DNA of 64,000 nucleotides from an uncultured Phycisphaerales bacterium (GCA_963973795.1 CAXBAF010000007.1:27200-91199), one strand, 5' to 3'. Shown: positions 9,076 to 18,228, counted from the stretch's first letter. Made by a program: numbers and translations. Notes: generated from the letters alone by a model not told the origin.

Positions 9076-11103
9076 ATGGCTTTGTTCGTGCATCGAGACT
9101 CGGCGTGCGGATGGGGAGGCGTTGCGGTGGACGGACTGACGAGACGCGTGCCCTCTGGGTATACGGCGGTGGATCTCTTCCCGGCGGCACCGGCGGGGGG
9201 AGGGGTTCAGCCGTTGCGGGTGTGTGTGCTGGTGCGCAACGAGCCGCAGCCTGTGGGAGGGCGGCTGGTCGTGGTGCGGGATGTATTCGATGCGTCCGTC
9301 TACCTCGGCTGTGTATTGGACGCCTCGGGTGCGGTGGATTCGTGGGTCGAGGTCTGGGTTCAGCGGGTGGACACGCTGGACGCCTCGGCGGGGGGCGGAC
9401 ACGGGACGCTGAGCAACGCCTCGCTCGAGGCCCGCTGGGCGCGGACCGTCGATGGCCTTGCGGCGACGGCGCCGGACATGCTGATCCGAACCGGGTACGA
9501 GACACAGAACCCGACCCCGATCGCTTTGGACGCGGTGAAGGGCGGGGCGCGGACGCCCATGCACGAGGCGACGGGCGCGGACTGGTCGGTGTGCAGGGAC
9601 GAGGATGTGCTCGCGTCGAAAGGGCTGGCGTCGTACCGGTCGTCGCTGGCGCGGCACCTCTGGATCGAGCAGTTGGGAGAGGGGTCGCCGTTCGTTGACG
9701 CATCGGATGTGTCGGCGGTCGGTTCGGCGTTGTTAACCGGCGTGAACCGAGATCTGGTCCCGTTCAACCTGGGCGGGGGCTTGATGATGGTCCGGCGGCT
9801 GGCGCCGATCGGGTATGCCGAGCAGGTGGGCGTGGTCGGCGGGCTGTCGTGGAGCGGCGTACGGCACGGCATCGAGGCGATCGATCTCCGGGCGGGGCAC
9901 GAGATGGTGACCCGGGTGAGCGGGTTCGCGGGTGATCCGGAGCCGATCGATCCGGACCGTCTGTTCCTGGGGCGTCACGGGCGATGGGGGCGGCTCGTTG
10001 AGTCGCTGCATCTGAAATTGAAGATGGTCGCCGAGGCGGTGGGGGCTGTGCGTTCTTCCTCAGAGCGCACGGGGCGACCTCTGCTCAACCTGACGGATGA
10101 GAGTTTTCGTGTCGAGTTATGGGAGGGCGGGATCGGCCTGCCCCGGTTGTGGACGAGCCGGGTCCGTCTTGTTGATCCGGGTTCCGCGTTCGAGATGTCG
10201 ATCGAGGGGCTGCGGGCACGCGGGTTTGTGAGCCCCGACGGCATCGGGCGCGGCGTCTATCGACCCGAACTCGGCGGCGAGGCGACCGGCGGACGGTGTG
10301 ACTTCCGGATTCGGTCCATCGATGAGAGTGATCCGAGCGGTGCGGTGGTCGAAGCTACGTTCCGGACTGACGCGCGGGTGTCCGGCGGCGGGAGCGAGTT
10401 GCTCGAGTTGCGGGTGCCGGCGGAGGGCGAGCGGCTGTTGTTGTATGGGCGGGTGCGGGCCGAGGAGGCGCTGGGGCCCGGGGAGCTGCGGTTCCGCGGC
10501 TTGCCGGTGCCCCTGGATGGGCGGATGGGTGAACTGATTCGCGCGGCCGAGGGTGTTCCGTTGCGAGATGTTTCGTTTGAGGTCGTGCCGCTCGCGTCGA
10601 CGCCCTGCGACCTGCACGCGCTTGGGGTTCTGGGTGTGCGCACGCTGCTGGTCGATGGGGGTAACACGCTGCCGGTCGCGTTGGACGAGCTCGTCAGTCT
10701 TGCTCGGGTCGCGTCTGAGGGGCTGAAGGACGGGCTCGCGCTCGAGGATGCCTTTGAGCGGGCGTTCTTCTCCGATGTGAGGTGGGGAGATTCGCTCGGA
10801 CCGCAGCGGCTGGTGAACGAGGCGATCGTTCCGGCTCAGGCGGCGGACCTGATCCCTCCGGAGATCTGGATGCGGGTGCTGGCGCTTCTGAGCCGGATGC
10901 TGCTGGGGATCGAAGGTGTTTCGATGTGCCGAGACGCCGGGGACACGCGTGGATTGCACCCGCATCTGGTGTTCGACGGAGCTGCGGAGGGTCTGGCGTC
11001 GCTGCTGGTGCGGACGCGGAGCCTGATGGTGGTGGACTGGCGGCACAACCGTGAGGTTCACTCGGTGCTGCGGCGGTATCGCGAGGGGATGGCGTCGGCG
11101 TGA
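9076..11103 (+). CDS. Hypothetical 675-aa protein with no signal peptide; first gene of the plus-strand T6SS-containing block
   Basis: A long ORF with an ATG start and coding-like composition, divergent from the Fur-family gene. No family was recognised by eye. Confidence 0.7.
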   Translation: MALFVHRDSACGWGGVAVDGLTRRVPSGYTAVDLFPAAPAGGGVQPLRVCVLVRNEPQPVGGRLVVVRDVFDASVYLGCVLDASGAVDSWVEVWVQRVDTLDASAGGGHGTLSNASLEARWARTVDGLAATAPDMLIRTGYETQNPTPIALDAVKGGARTPMHEATGADWSVCRDEDVLASKGLASYRSSLARHLWIEQLGEGSPFVDASDVSAVGSALLTGVNRDLVPFNLGGGLMMVRRLAPIGYAEQVGVVGGLSWSGVRHGIEAIDLRAGHEMVTRVSGFAGDPEPIDPDRLFLGRHGRWGRLVESLHLKLKMVAEAVGAVRSSSERTGRPLLNLTDESFRVELWEGGIGLPRLWTSRVRLVDPGSAFEMSIEGLRARGFVSPDGIGRGVYRPELGGEATGGRCDFRIRSIDESDPSGAVVEATFRTDARVSGGGSELLELRVPAEGERLLLYGRVRAEEALGPGELRFRGLPVPLDGRMGELIRAAEGVPLRDVSFEVVPLASTPCDLHALGVLGVRTLLVDGGNTLPVALDELVSLARVASEGLKDGLALEDAFERAFFSDVRWGDSLGPQRLVNEAIVPAQAADLIPPEIWMRVLALLSRMLLGIEGVSMCRDAGDTRGLHPHLVFDGAAEGLASLLVRTRSLMVVDWRHNREVHSVLRRYREGMASA

Positions 11104-11231
11104 CGCGTCCGGATTGGATCAGGTAGTATCGTTGCGTTGGCGGGGCGGTACGGCGCGGCCGTGCGGTGTCCTTGCCTTGCTGTTTCGTATCATCGCGCCG
11201 CGTCTGGCGGCTGATTCGAGGGGAACGGAAG

Positions 11232-11759
11232 ATGGCTCGCACAAAGGTTTCGACGCGTATCGGTATGGTCCTGCTCGCGGTGTTCGGTGTTGTCGCGGTC
11301 GGCTGCGGCGGGACGTCGTTCAAGAAGTTTGACGTTAATGTGTCGCTCGACGGGTCGATGCCGGCTGGCGAGTCCGTGACGGTGGACCTCATTGCGCTCG
11401 GCGGCGATCGGGCCGAAGAACTCGACGGGATGCCGATGCGGAAGTATTGGACGCTCAATGACCCGTACCGCTCGAGTCTTCTTGCGGAAGGCGTGCTGTG
11501 GACGGCGGAACTCGACGCGTCGAACCCCGAGGCGACGCTCAAGTCAACCAACAAGATCTGGAACTCGCCGATCTGGAAGTCGGGCGGGAAACTGTTCGTT
11601 CTCGCGAAACTCCGGGGCGTCGGGCCTGGTCCGAACGGTGACCCGAGGCGGCGGACCATCAATCGCGACGCATCGCTCTGGACGCAGAAGCGGATTGATG
11701 TCACGGTGCGGCAGGACGGGATCTCGTACTCGCCGACCGAGAAATCCGTCGGTCAGTGA
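11232..11759 (+). CDS. Lipoprotein (175 aa); candidate divergent TssJ
   Basis: ATG 11232, preceded by GGAACGGAAG, gives MARTKVSTRIGMVLLAVFGVVAVGCGG (lipobox). Size and a beta-rich pattern (VTVDLIAL, KLFVLAKL) are compatible with TssJ. The TssJ assignment rests on context only. Confidence 0.65.
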   Translation: MARTKVSTRIGMVLLAVFGVVAVGCGGTSFKKFDVNVSLDGSMPAGESVTVDLIALGGDRAEELDGMPMRKYWTLNDPYRSSLLAEGVLWTAELDASNPEATLKSTNKIWNSPIWKSGGKLFVLAKLRGVGPGPNGDPRRRTINRDASLWTQKRIDVTVRQDGISYSPTEKSVGQ

Positions 11760-11779
11760 TCGATGCGAACAGCCGGTGA

Positions 11780-14700
11780 TTGTTTGATGTGTCGGATCGA
11801 TCGCGAGAGACCCGCGTCGGCCTGCGTGGCTCGCGTGGGTTGTGTGGAAGGGGTGCGTGCGTGCCGTTGATTGCGGGCAAGCGTGCGGATTCGATCGGCG
11901 GGCACGCGATTGAGCGTCCTGTCGCGGTCGGGGTGCGCGAGAGCACTTGGCTCGCCTACGACCGGACCGGTGATCCCTGTGTCATCGAGGTCTGGGAGCG
12001 GTTCGACGACGGGCCGGTCGCGGGAGCGGATCTCGACGCGTTTGTTGAGCGTGCGGCGCTTCAGCGGCGGGTCGCGGCTGCAGGCGGCAACGCGGAGCGG
12101 ATACTCGGTGGCGGACACGTCGTTGGCGTACGCACGCTCGAAGCGACGGACTTTGGAGCGTTCTACACGCGCGATCGGTACGGGGTTTCGGCGGCGGAGT
12201 TGGCGGCCGGCAAGGTCCGGCTGCGTGGGGATGCGCTGCACGAGATCATGTCGGGCGTGGTCGGCGGGCTGCAGATTTTCCGTGAGCGGGCGGGTCGGCC
12301 GCACGGGGGGCTTGACGCATCCGCGGTTTTGATCTCCGATGGCGCGCCGGGAAAGCGTCGCGTCGGGCTCCGGGCGCCGGCAACCGCTGGCGAGTTGGCG
12401 GAAATCGGTGATCCCGACGGCGACGAGTTGCGGCGGATCGGTCTGCTGATCTTCGAGTTGGTGCAGCATCGCCCGTTTCGCGCGATGGGTGGGTACCCGG
12501 TCCGTGATGGGTCGGAATGGCAGGGGCTTGGGAAGTCCGGTGGGTTCTGGCTCGGGCTCGTCAATGAATTGCTTGCGCCCTCGGGCTGCAGGCTGACGCT
12601 TGGCGAGGTCGCGTCACGGATCGCGGGGCTGCGGTTCCGGGTGGACAAGCCGGGCGCAGGGGTCTGGCTCGGGCGGGCGGGGATCGCGGCGGCGGTGCTC
12701 GGGCTGGTTGGCGGCGGTGTGTGGTTCGGGCTGCGTCCGAGCGAAGAAGCACCCAGGGCGGATTACCGGGACTCGGAGTTCGAACAGTGGCTCCGCACGG
12801 TGCCTGTTGTGGTGTCGCTACGTGAGCGGGTTGGGGCGATGCCCGACGCGCCGGCGGTTCTGCGCGAGGCGGTCGGGCGGCTTGATCCTGAGTCGACGCC
12901 GCGGGGTGGTGTGGACGATTACTTTGATATCCCGAGTCTGTTTGAGGAAGCGGAGCTGTATCGGGTGTTTCGAGCGAGGCTCGACGGCCCGTTGCCTCAA
13001 CTCGTGGAGAGTGTTCAACAGTTTGCACAGAAAGATTTCGAGGCGAGGGCGGAGACGCAGGAAGAATCCGAGGATCAGAAGCGGCTCGAGCGGCTGGCGT
13101 TCCTGTTCCGGAAGGGGCTTGCCCGCTTCGGCGTCGAGACAGAATCGGAGCAGGTCGCGGACGCCGGGGGTGTCCAGGACGAGACCGGCGAGACGGCCGG
13201 GGGCGGTTCGTCTGATCCTGTCGACGAGGCGACCCTGAGCCTGCTTGACTCGTTCTCTCACGACAATTGGGCGTCGCATGGGATGATCGCGGGGTTGGTT
13301 GAGGGGGACGGGGTTGCCTGGTTCCGGCCTTCCGCAGCGAGTCTCTTTTCTTCACAGCTGGATGAGATCCGCGACGGACTTTCGGTGCTCGCCGACGGCG
13401 CGACGGACTTCGATGGGGCGACGGCGCACAGGCCTGTTGTCGGTGCGGTCGAGGAGACGGTTGGGCGCTTTGTCGGGGCGGTCGAATCTGTCGAGCGCAC
13501 CGCGGGCGTGATCGGTGTGTGGCGTGACGGGCTGTATCCGCGGATTGAATCCGGGAGTTCGGTCATCGCGGCGGCGTCGGCATGGCCTGATGTCCCCGCG
13601 TCGGTTGCGGATGATCTTCCGGATGGCGGCGATCCGTACCTCGCGTCGTTTGAGTCATTCGCGGAGCGGGTCGGCGTCGTTGGCGATGGCGAGACGGATG
13701 AAGACCTCGGTCGGCGTCTGGAGGCTGCGGCGGCCGCGGTGGACGCGGTACGGGCGGTTATCGAGCGAGGGTGGGATGCGGGGTCCGTGGATCTTCTGGC
13801 TCACGCGGCGTGGGTGGAATCGGCTCGGGATCGGATCGCGGAGAGGCCTGCTGCGAGCGACGGTGACGAGTTGGCGGTGTGGATCGATGCCCGGATCGCA
13901 TTGAGCGAGGAATGGCTGGAAAGCGTGGCGTCGGCGACGCCGGTTGCAGCGGACAGCGATTGGCCGGCTGCCGATTTTGCGAGTGAACTCGCGGCGACGC
14001 GTGATTTGTGGCGAGAGGCGATGCGTGACGCGCGGCAGGACACCCTGGAGGCGGAGGCAGAGATCGCGGGCGGGGTCGGGGTGATCGCGCCGGCGCTCGA
14101 TGCGGTCGAGGAGCGGCTGCGTGAGGTCCGGCGGCAGCCGCGGTGGCGGAGTCTTCGCGATGAGGTCGATTCCGAGTCGCGTGGGTTGGAGCGAGACTTT
14201 GCATCGCTGGCGACGATGATCGAGCGGATTCACGCGCAGGTGCTGCAGCCTCCGCGGGATCTGATCGCGTTTTGGCGGGAGAACCCGATCCGCGTGGAGG
14301 GGTTCGACGGCGCGGAGGAGCTGGCGCTTGCGGGCGGGGCGATTGTTGAGCGGTACGCCGTTGAATGGGAACGCTGGGCGGCGGGTGAGGGTCTTGATGA
14401 TGAGGCGTTGAAGCGGGCTCCGCAGACGGACCGTCTTCGGACGGCGCTGCGAGGTGTCGATGAGGTCGTGAGGGCGGCGGCCGAGGATGTCCTGGGTGTG
14501 CTGGGCGAGGCACGGGCGTACGGCCGGTTCGACGGGGACGCGGTGGAGGGTGCGGTCGGGCGTTGGCTTGCCGGGCGATTCGCCGAGGCGGTGTTGTCGT
14601 TCGAGGGGTGGAGTGACAAGTCTCGACTCGGTGACGACGGTGTGTTCGCGACGCGGCTCGGTTCTCTCGCAGACGAAGCGGGGAGCACGCTCGACGCGCT

Positions 14701-16693
14701 CGCGGCGGATCTTGGGACGCTTTCAGAATCGTCGGGGCTTGTGGCGCGCGGGTACGGCGTCGGTGACCGCGTCGATGGATTCGCGGTGGGTGATCGCGTT
14801 GAACTCGCGTCGTTGGCGGATCGGCTTCGATCGCCCGATGTTCCGTCGGTCGCGGATATCGATGAGATAGATCAGGCGGTTCTGGCGGTTGAGGGGTTGG
14901 TTGAGATTTCACGGGTCGATGACCCCAGCTTGCTGATGGATGCGTTTGTCGCCGAGTGCGGTTCGGCGGGGCGGGCCGGGATCGGTGTTCAGGCGATCCG
15001 ACGGCTCGATTCGATCGGCCGGGACGCGGGCGCGTGGCCGAGTTCGATCGATGTGATGTTGCGAGACCGCGACGGCCTCGCGGACGGGATCTCGGCGCTG
15101 CGGGGCACGGTCCCGGCGGGTGACTTTGAGAAGATTGGTGAGGCGCTCCGCGGGATCGTCCGGGCCTGGTGGCTGCGCGGGGTGGCCGAGGCAGACGATC
15201 GCGGTGACTTTGCGCGGGGTGTGAGCGGCGCGTCGTCGTGGTTCGACGGGGTTGGCGACGGCTGGGTCGGGGTGCTTGGTTCGGAATTGCTGACGGGGCG
15301 GGCTCGGTACAACGCGGCGCTCGTGGGGCTGCGGGCCGAGATCGACGAGTTGGGTAGAAAGGCGATGGTGCAGGCGTCGTCATCGGATTCGAGTGCGATC
15401 CCGGGGATCGATGCTCGGCTGCTGTCTGATGTGCGTGCCAAACTCGGTGAGATCAACCGGCTTGCGCAGCAGACGCTCGACGACGGGGAGCGGGCTCGGG
15501 CGTTGATGTGGGTGCGGGGGTTTGAGCGTGAGCTCAACGACGCACAGGGCGGGCGGCGCGGCTGGGATGAGGCCGGTGTTGGCCCAGTCGGCGCAGGGCT
15601 GGCGAACTGGTCGGCGACGCTGGACGAAAACGTGGAGCCGCCGCGGGTGGTGTATTCGTATTCCCCACCGCAGGCGTCGGACGCGGTGTCGATTGAGTTC
15701 AGGCTGGTCTCTGATTTGCCCAGCGGTGGGCAGGTGTTTCTCGGTGCCGATGAGGTGTCGGTGGCTGTGTTCGGAGCCATGCTTCGCGGAACCGCTGAGA
15801 AGCTTGAGGACCGTTTGGCGGGTTCGATGTACGAGGATGTGGACGGCCGGCTCGAGGGGAACATGGTTGAGGGCCCCTCGACGCGAGAGTTGTTTGCTCG
15901 GCGTGGCGGTCGGTCGCGGTTCCGGGTCCGCTCGCGGGAGCTGTGGCTGGATTCCGAAGACGGGCGCTACGGCCCGCCGGAGCGGAAGGCTTCATTCCCG
16001 TCATACCCGGATGGGTTACGAGGTGCAGACCCGAAATCGATCGCGCCGTCTCAGGGCGAGCCGGACGAGGCCCACCCGGTGAACTACGTGAACTCCGCGG
16101 TGGCGTTCGACCTCGCGGAGGCGTTCGGCTGTCGGCTTCCGACGATCGAGGAGTTTCAGGCCGCGATGTCGGCTCCCGGCGTTCCCTCGGTCCGGAGCGG
16201 GCGATGGAACCTGCGCGATGCGACGTTCGGGCGGCAGGTCGAGCACTTCAAATCGGCGTTCGAGATGGAAGTAACGACGCATTATCAGCCGGGCAAGTGG
16301 TCGTACGACGGGACGAACGGCGCGAGTTCCGCGGACTGGGGTCTGGCGGGTGATGACGACCGACTCTGGTTCTATCGGACGGGCGCGGGCGTGGAGAATG
16401 GGTTTCAGAACGGTGTGCTGTTCCGGCACCTGATCGGGAACGTCGCGGAGTATGTGATCGTCGATGAGGGTGCGCGGGACAGCCGGGGCGTGCGCATTCT
16501 GGGCGCGTCGGCGCTGTCCGACCCGACCGTGTCCCCGGGTGATGTGCGGGAGGTCGATGGGGCGCGGAATGGCTACGTGGACGTGGGCTTCCGCCTCGCG
16601 ATCGACGCGGACGACTTCGGGAGCCTCGGCAAGCTGGTCCGTCGACAGATCGCGGAGTCCGACGATTCGTTCTTCGTTGCGGGGGGCGGCTGA
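11780..16693 (+). CDS. Giant bitopic protein: N-terminal degenerate Ser/Thr-kinase-like (pseudokinase) domain, one TM helix, a helical ectodomain of about 1000 aa and a C-terminal FGE-sulfatase (SUMF1)-fold domain; PpkA-position gene
   Basis: The kinase-like region spans about aa 40-285. It reads CVIEVW where VAIK is expected, PHGGLDASAVLI where HRDLKPxN is expected, and has no DFG (RRVGLRAPA), but keeps DELRRIGLLIFELVQHRPF. The TM helix is WLGRAGIAAAVLGLVGGGVWFGL (nt about 12659-12733). The C-terminus (nt about 15685-16620) reads IEFRLV...GCRLPTIEEFQAA...WNLRD...FRHLIGNVAEYV...GYVDVGFRLA. The TTG 11780 start is uncertain. Confidence 0.8.
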   Translation: MFDVSDRSRETRVGLRGSRGLCGRGACVPLIAGKRADSIGGHAIERPVAVGVRESTWLAYDRTGDPCVIEVWERFDDGPVAGADLDAFVERAALQRRVAAAGGNAERILGGGHVVGVRTLEATDFGAFYTRDRYGVSAAELAAGKVRLRGDALHEIMSGVVGGLQIFRERAGRPHGGLDASAVLISDGAPGKRRVGLRAPATAGELAEIGDPDGDELRRIGLLIFELVQHRPFRAMGGYPVRDGSEWQGLGKSGGFWLGLVNELLAPSGCRLTLGEVASRIAGLRFRVDKPGAGVWLGRAGIAAAVLGLVGGGVWFGLRPSEEAPRADYRDSEFEQWLRTVPVVVSLRERVGAMPDAPAVLREAVGRLDPESTPRGGVDDYFDIPSLFEEAELYRVFRARLDGPLPQLVESVQQFAQKDFEARAETQEESEDQKRLERLAFLFRKGLARFGVETESEQVADAGGVQDETGETAGGGSSDPVDEATLSLLDSFSHDNWASHGMIAGLVEGDGVAWFRPSAASLFSSQLDEIRDGLSVLADGATDFDGATAHRPVVGAVEETVGRFVGAVESVERTAGVIGVWRDGLYPRIESGSSVIAAASAWPDVPASVADDLPDGGDPYLASFESFAERVGVVGDGETDEDLGRRLEAAAAAVDAVRAVIERGWDAGSVDLLAHAAWVESARDRIAERPAASDGDELAVWIDARIALSEEWLESVASATPVAADSDWPAADFASELAATRDLWREAMRDARQDTLEAEAEIAGGVGVIAPALDAVEERLREVRRQPRWRSLRDEVDSESRGLERDFASLATMIERIHAQVLQPPRDLIAFWRENPIRVEGFDGAEELALAGGAIVERYAVEWERWAAGEGLDDEALKRAPQTDRLRTALRGVDEVVRAAAEDVLGVLGEARAYGRFDGDAVEGAVGRWLAGRFAEAVLSFEGWSDKSRLGDDGVFATRLGSLADEAGSTLDALAADLGTLSESSGLVARGYGVGDRVDGFAVGDRVELASLADRLRSPDVPSVADIDEIDQAVLAVEGLVEISRVDDPSLLMDAFVAECGSAGRAGIGVQAIRRLDSIGRDAGAWPSSIDVMLRDRDGLADGISALRGTVPAGDFEKIGEALRGIVRAWWLRGVAEADDRGDFARGVSGASSWFDGVGDGWVGVLGSELLTGRARYNAALVGLRAEIDELGRKAMVQASSSDSSAIPGIDARLLSDVRAKLGEINRLAQQTLDDGERARALMWVRGFERELNDAQGGRRGWDEAGVGPVGAGLANWSATLDENVEPPRVVYSYSPPQASDAVSIEFRLVSDLPSGGQVFLGADEVSVAVFGAMLRGTAEKLEDRLAGSMYEDVDGRLEGNMVEGPSTRELFARRGGRSRFRVRSRELWLDSEDGRYGPPERKASFPSYPDGLRGADPKSIAPSQGEPDEAHPVNYVNSAVAFDLAEAFGCRLPTIEEFQAAMSAPGVPSVRSGRWNLRDATFGRQVEHFKSAFEMEVTTHYQPGKWSYDGTNGASSADWGLAGDDDRLWFYRTGAGVENGFQNGVLFRHLIGNVAEYVIVDEGARDSRGVRILGASALSDPTVSPGDVREVDGARNGYVDVGFRLAIDADDFGSLGKLVRRQIAESDDSFFVAGGG

Positions 16694-16701
16694 TGGACCG
16701 G

Positions 16702-16986
16702 TCAGTCGGTGATCAGGGGCACCGTCGCGTAGGCGTCTCGCTCGAGTCGGCGGAAGTTGGCCTCGGCGTGCGCGAGCCTGATGTGGCTGGCGAACATCGC
16801 GGCGCCGATCGAGTCGGTGACGGCGTAGGAGTCCTGCACGACCGGGTTCGGACGGAACCCGAGCGAGGCTTTCGAGGACGTGTGGCACCCGGTGAGCGCG
16901 ACCATCGCGGCGATGGCGGTCGCGGCGATGCAGGCTTTGCGGGTCGCGTTGCGGGCGGCGTTGTCGTTGTTCATAGCAGTCGGCAT
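16702..16986 (-). CDS. Small lipoprotein (94 aa), unknown function; the only minus-strand gene inside the block
   Basis: ATG 16986, preceded by GGAGGGAAACCAGCC, gives MPTAMNNDNAARNATRKACIAATAIAAMVALTGC (lipobox LTGC). It converges on the stop of the 1637-aa gene. The track ORF 16702..17115 extends further upstream. Confidence 0.5.
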   Translation of the reverse strand: MPTAMNNDNAARNATRKACIAATAIAAMVALTGCHTSSKASLGFRPNPVVQDSYAVTDSIGAAMFASHIRLAHAEANFRRLERDAYATVPLITD

Positions 16987-17210
16987 GGCTGGTTTCCCTC
17001 CGGGCGGGTCCGTGTACTGAACCGTCGGATCCGTATCGGCGGCGTGAGGCCGAGCTTTGAGATTGCGGGGGAGATGCGAGGCCGGGTAGTCGGTTTGTCG
17101 GGGTGGGGTCGGCAAACGCCGCGTGATCGGACGGCGGCAACGGCATCGGGGTCGTGGTCTGCGCGGTTTCCGGACGGTCTGTATGATGCGCCGAGCATGA
17201 GATCGGGCGT

Positions 17211-18176
17211 GTGGCGTTGGACGCCGCGTGGGTCCGCAGGAGTCGTGGGATGAGTGGCATGGGCGGAGAAACCTGGCGATCGCTCGCGGAACTGACCGCG
17301 AACCGGCTTCGGCTGATCCAGGCGGATCTTGCCGATGAGTCCGCGGAGTCGCGGCGGGCTCATCTGGATGACGAGGTGCGGGCGGCTCTGGAGAAGGTGC
17401 CCAATGCTGAGCGGAACGATTTTCTGGAACTCATCGAGGATCGATTCCCGGCATGGGAGGGGGGGCGCGTTGTGAGCGGAGCGTCTGAGGGCACGCTGGT
17501 CTCGGCGACCGACATGGCGGAATTCAACGATCCGGCGTTTCTGCTTCGGCAGCTCATGAAGGCCGCTGAGCAGATGACCCCCGAGCAACGCCGGGAGGCC
17601 GGCGAGCGTCTTGCATCGGTGGGCATCGCGCCCTCGGGTGTGGGCGAGATCCCGGTCGAGTCGCTCGCGAAGGCAAAGGCTTCGATGCAGGCGCCAGCGG
17701 ATGCTGACGTGGATGCGGGCCGGGTGCTCGAGGCGTCGGCGCTGCTGGCGGATCAGGTTCTTCTGTTGGACACGCTTGTATGGAAGATCTGGCGACAGAT
17801 CGCGCCGGATTCGCAGCACCGGAGCCGGACGCAGCTCGGCGCAACGATGTCGTCGTACCTGACGGGGAGCGGTGAGACCGGGCGGGGCGAGGTTGCGGAG
17901 AGTCTCGAGCGGTTCCGCCAGCTGACCGCGGCGCTCGTGAGTTCGATCGGCAAGGTTGGGAGCACGGCGTTCACGCAGCTGAGCCAGCTGAACCCCAACA
18001 ACATCGAGACGATGGCGAAGGACGAGAAGAAGTGGAACGAGAGCCTGGAGCTCGCGGCGTGGCGGAAGTATCGCGAGCTCGCGGGCAAGATGGATCAGGC
18101 GACGGTTGAGAACGAGATGATGCGCGCGGTGTCGCGTACGGTTGAGGACATCATCCGCCCGCGCGGGCGTTCGTGA
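17211..18176 (+). CDS. Hypothetical cytoplasmic protein at the fha/tagH position upstream of tssK; no FHA domain visible
   Basis: The ORF lies directly upstream of tssK with a 52-nt gap and is helical and acidic. The C-terminal half (FTQLSQLNPNNIETMAK..KW..LAAWRKYRELAG) is reminiscent of the non-FHA C-terminal region of TagH/Fha-type proteins, recalled from memory only. The start codon is uncertain, with several in-frame Met codons. Confidence 0.6.
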   Translation: MALDAAWVRRSRGMSGMGGETWRSLAELTANRLRLIQADLADESAESRRAHLDDEVRAALEKVPNAERNDFLELIEDRFPAWEGGRVVSGASEGTLVSATDMAEFNDPAFLLRQLMKAAEQMTPEQRREAGERLASVGIAPSGVGEIPVESLAKAKASMQAPADADVDAGRVLEASALLADQVLLLDTLVWKIWRQIAPDSQHRSRTQLGATMSSYLTGSGETGRGEVAESLERFRQLTAALVSSIGKVGSTAFTQLSQLNPNNIETMAKDEKKWNESLELAAWRKYRELAGKMDQATVENEMMRAVSRTVEDIIRPRGRS

Positions 18177-18228
18177 TCGCTGATCGCGGGCGGCGCTGGG
18201 CATTGGTGAGAAAGGGTTCGGGTGATCG

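Noticed and set aside
8936-9703. N-terminal 256 codons of track ORF 8549..9703, which would make a 384-aa Fur fusion
   Set aside because: This part is extremely Pro/Arg/Ala-rich and antisense to the well-formed 9076..11103 ORF. Fur-family proteins are about 130-150 aa, and an in-frame GTG at 8935 gives a canonical N-terminus.
15685-16620. Calling the FGE-sulfatase-fold domains (also 28507..29410) true formylglycine-generating enzymes
   Set aside because: They are C-terminal extracytoplasmic modules of signalling-type proteins, and no sulfatase genes are nearby. I could not locate the paired catalytic cysteines near the C-terminal GFRLA motif. They are more likely ligand-binding (C-type-lectin-like) domains, as in kinase-FGE fusions.
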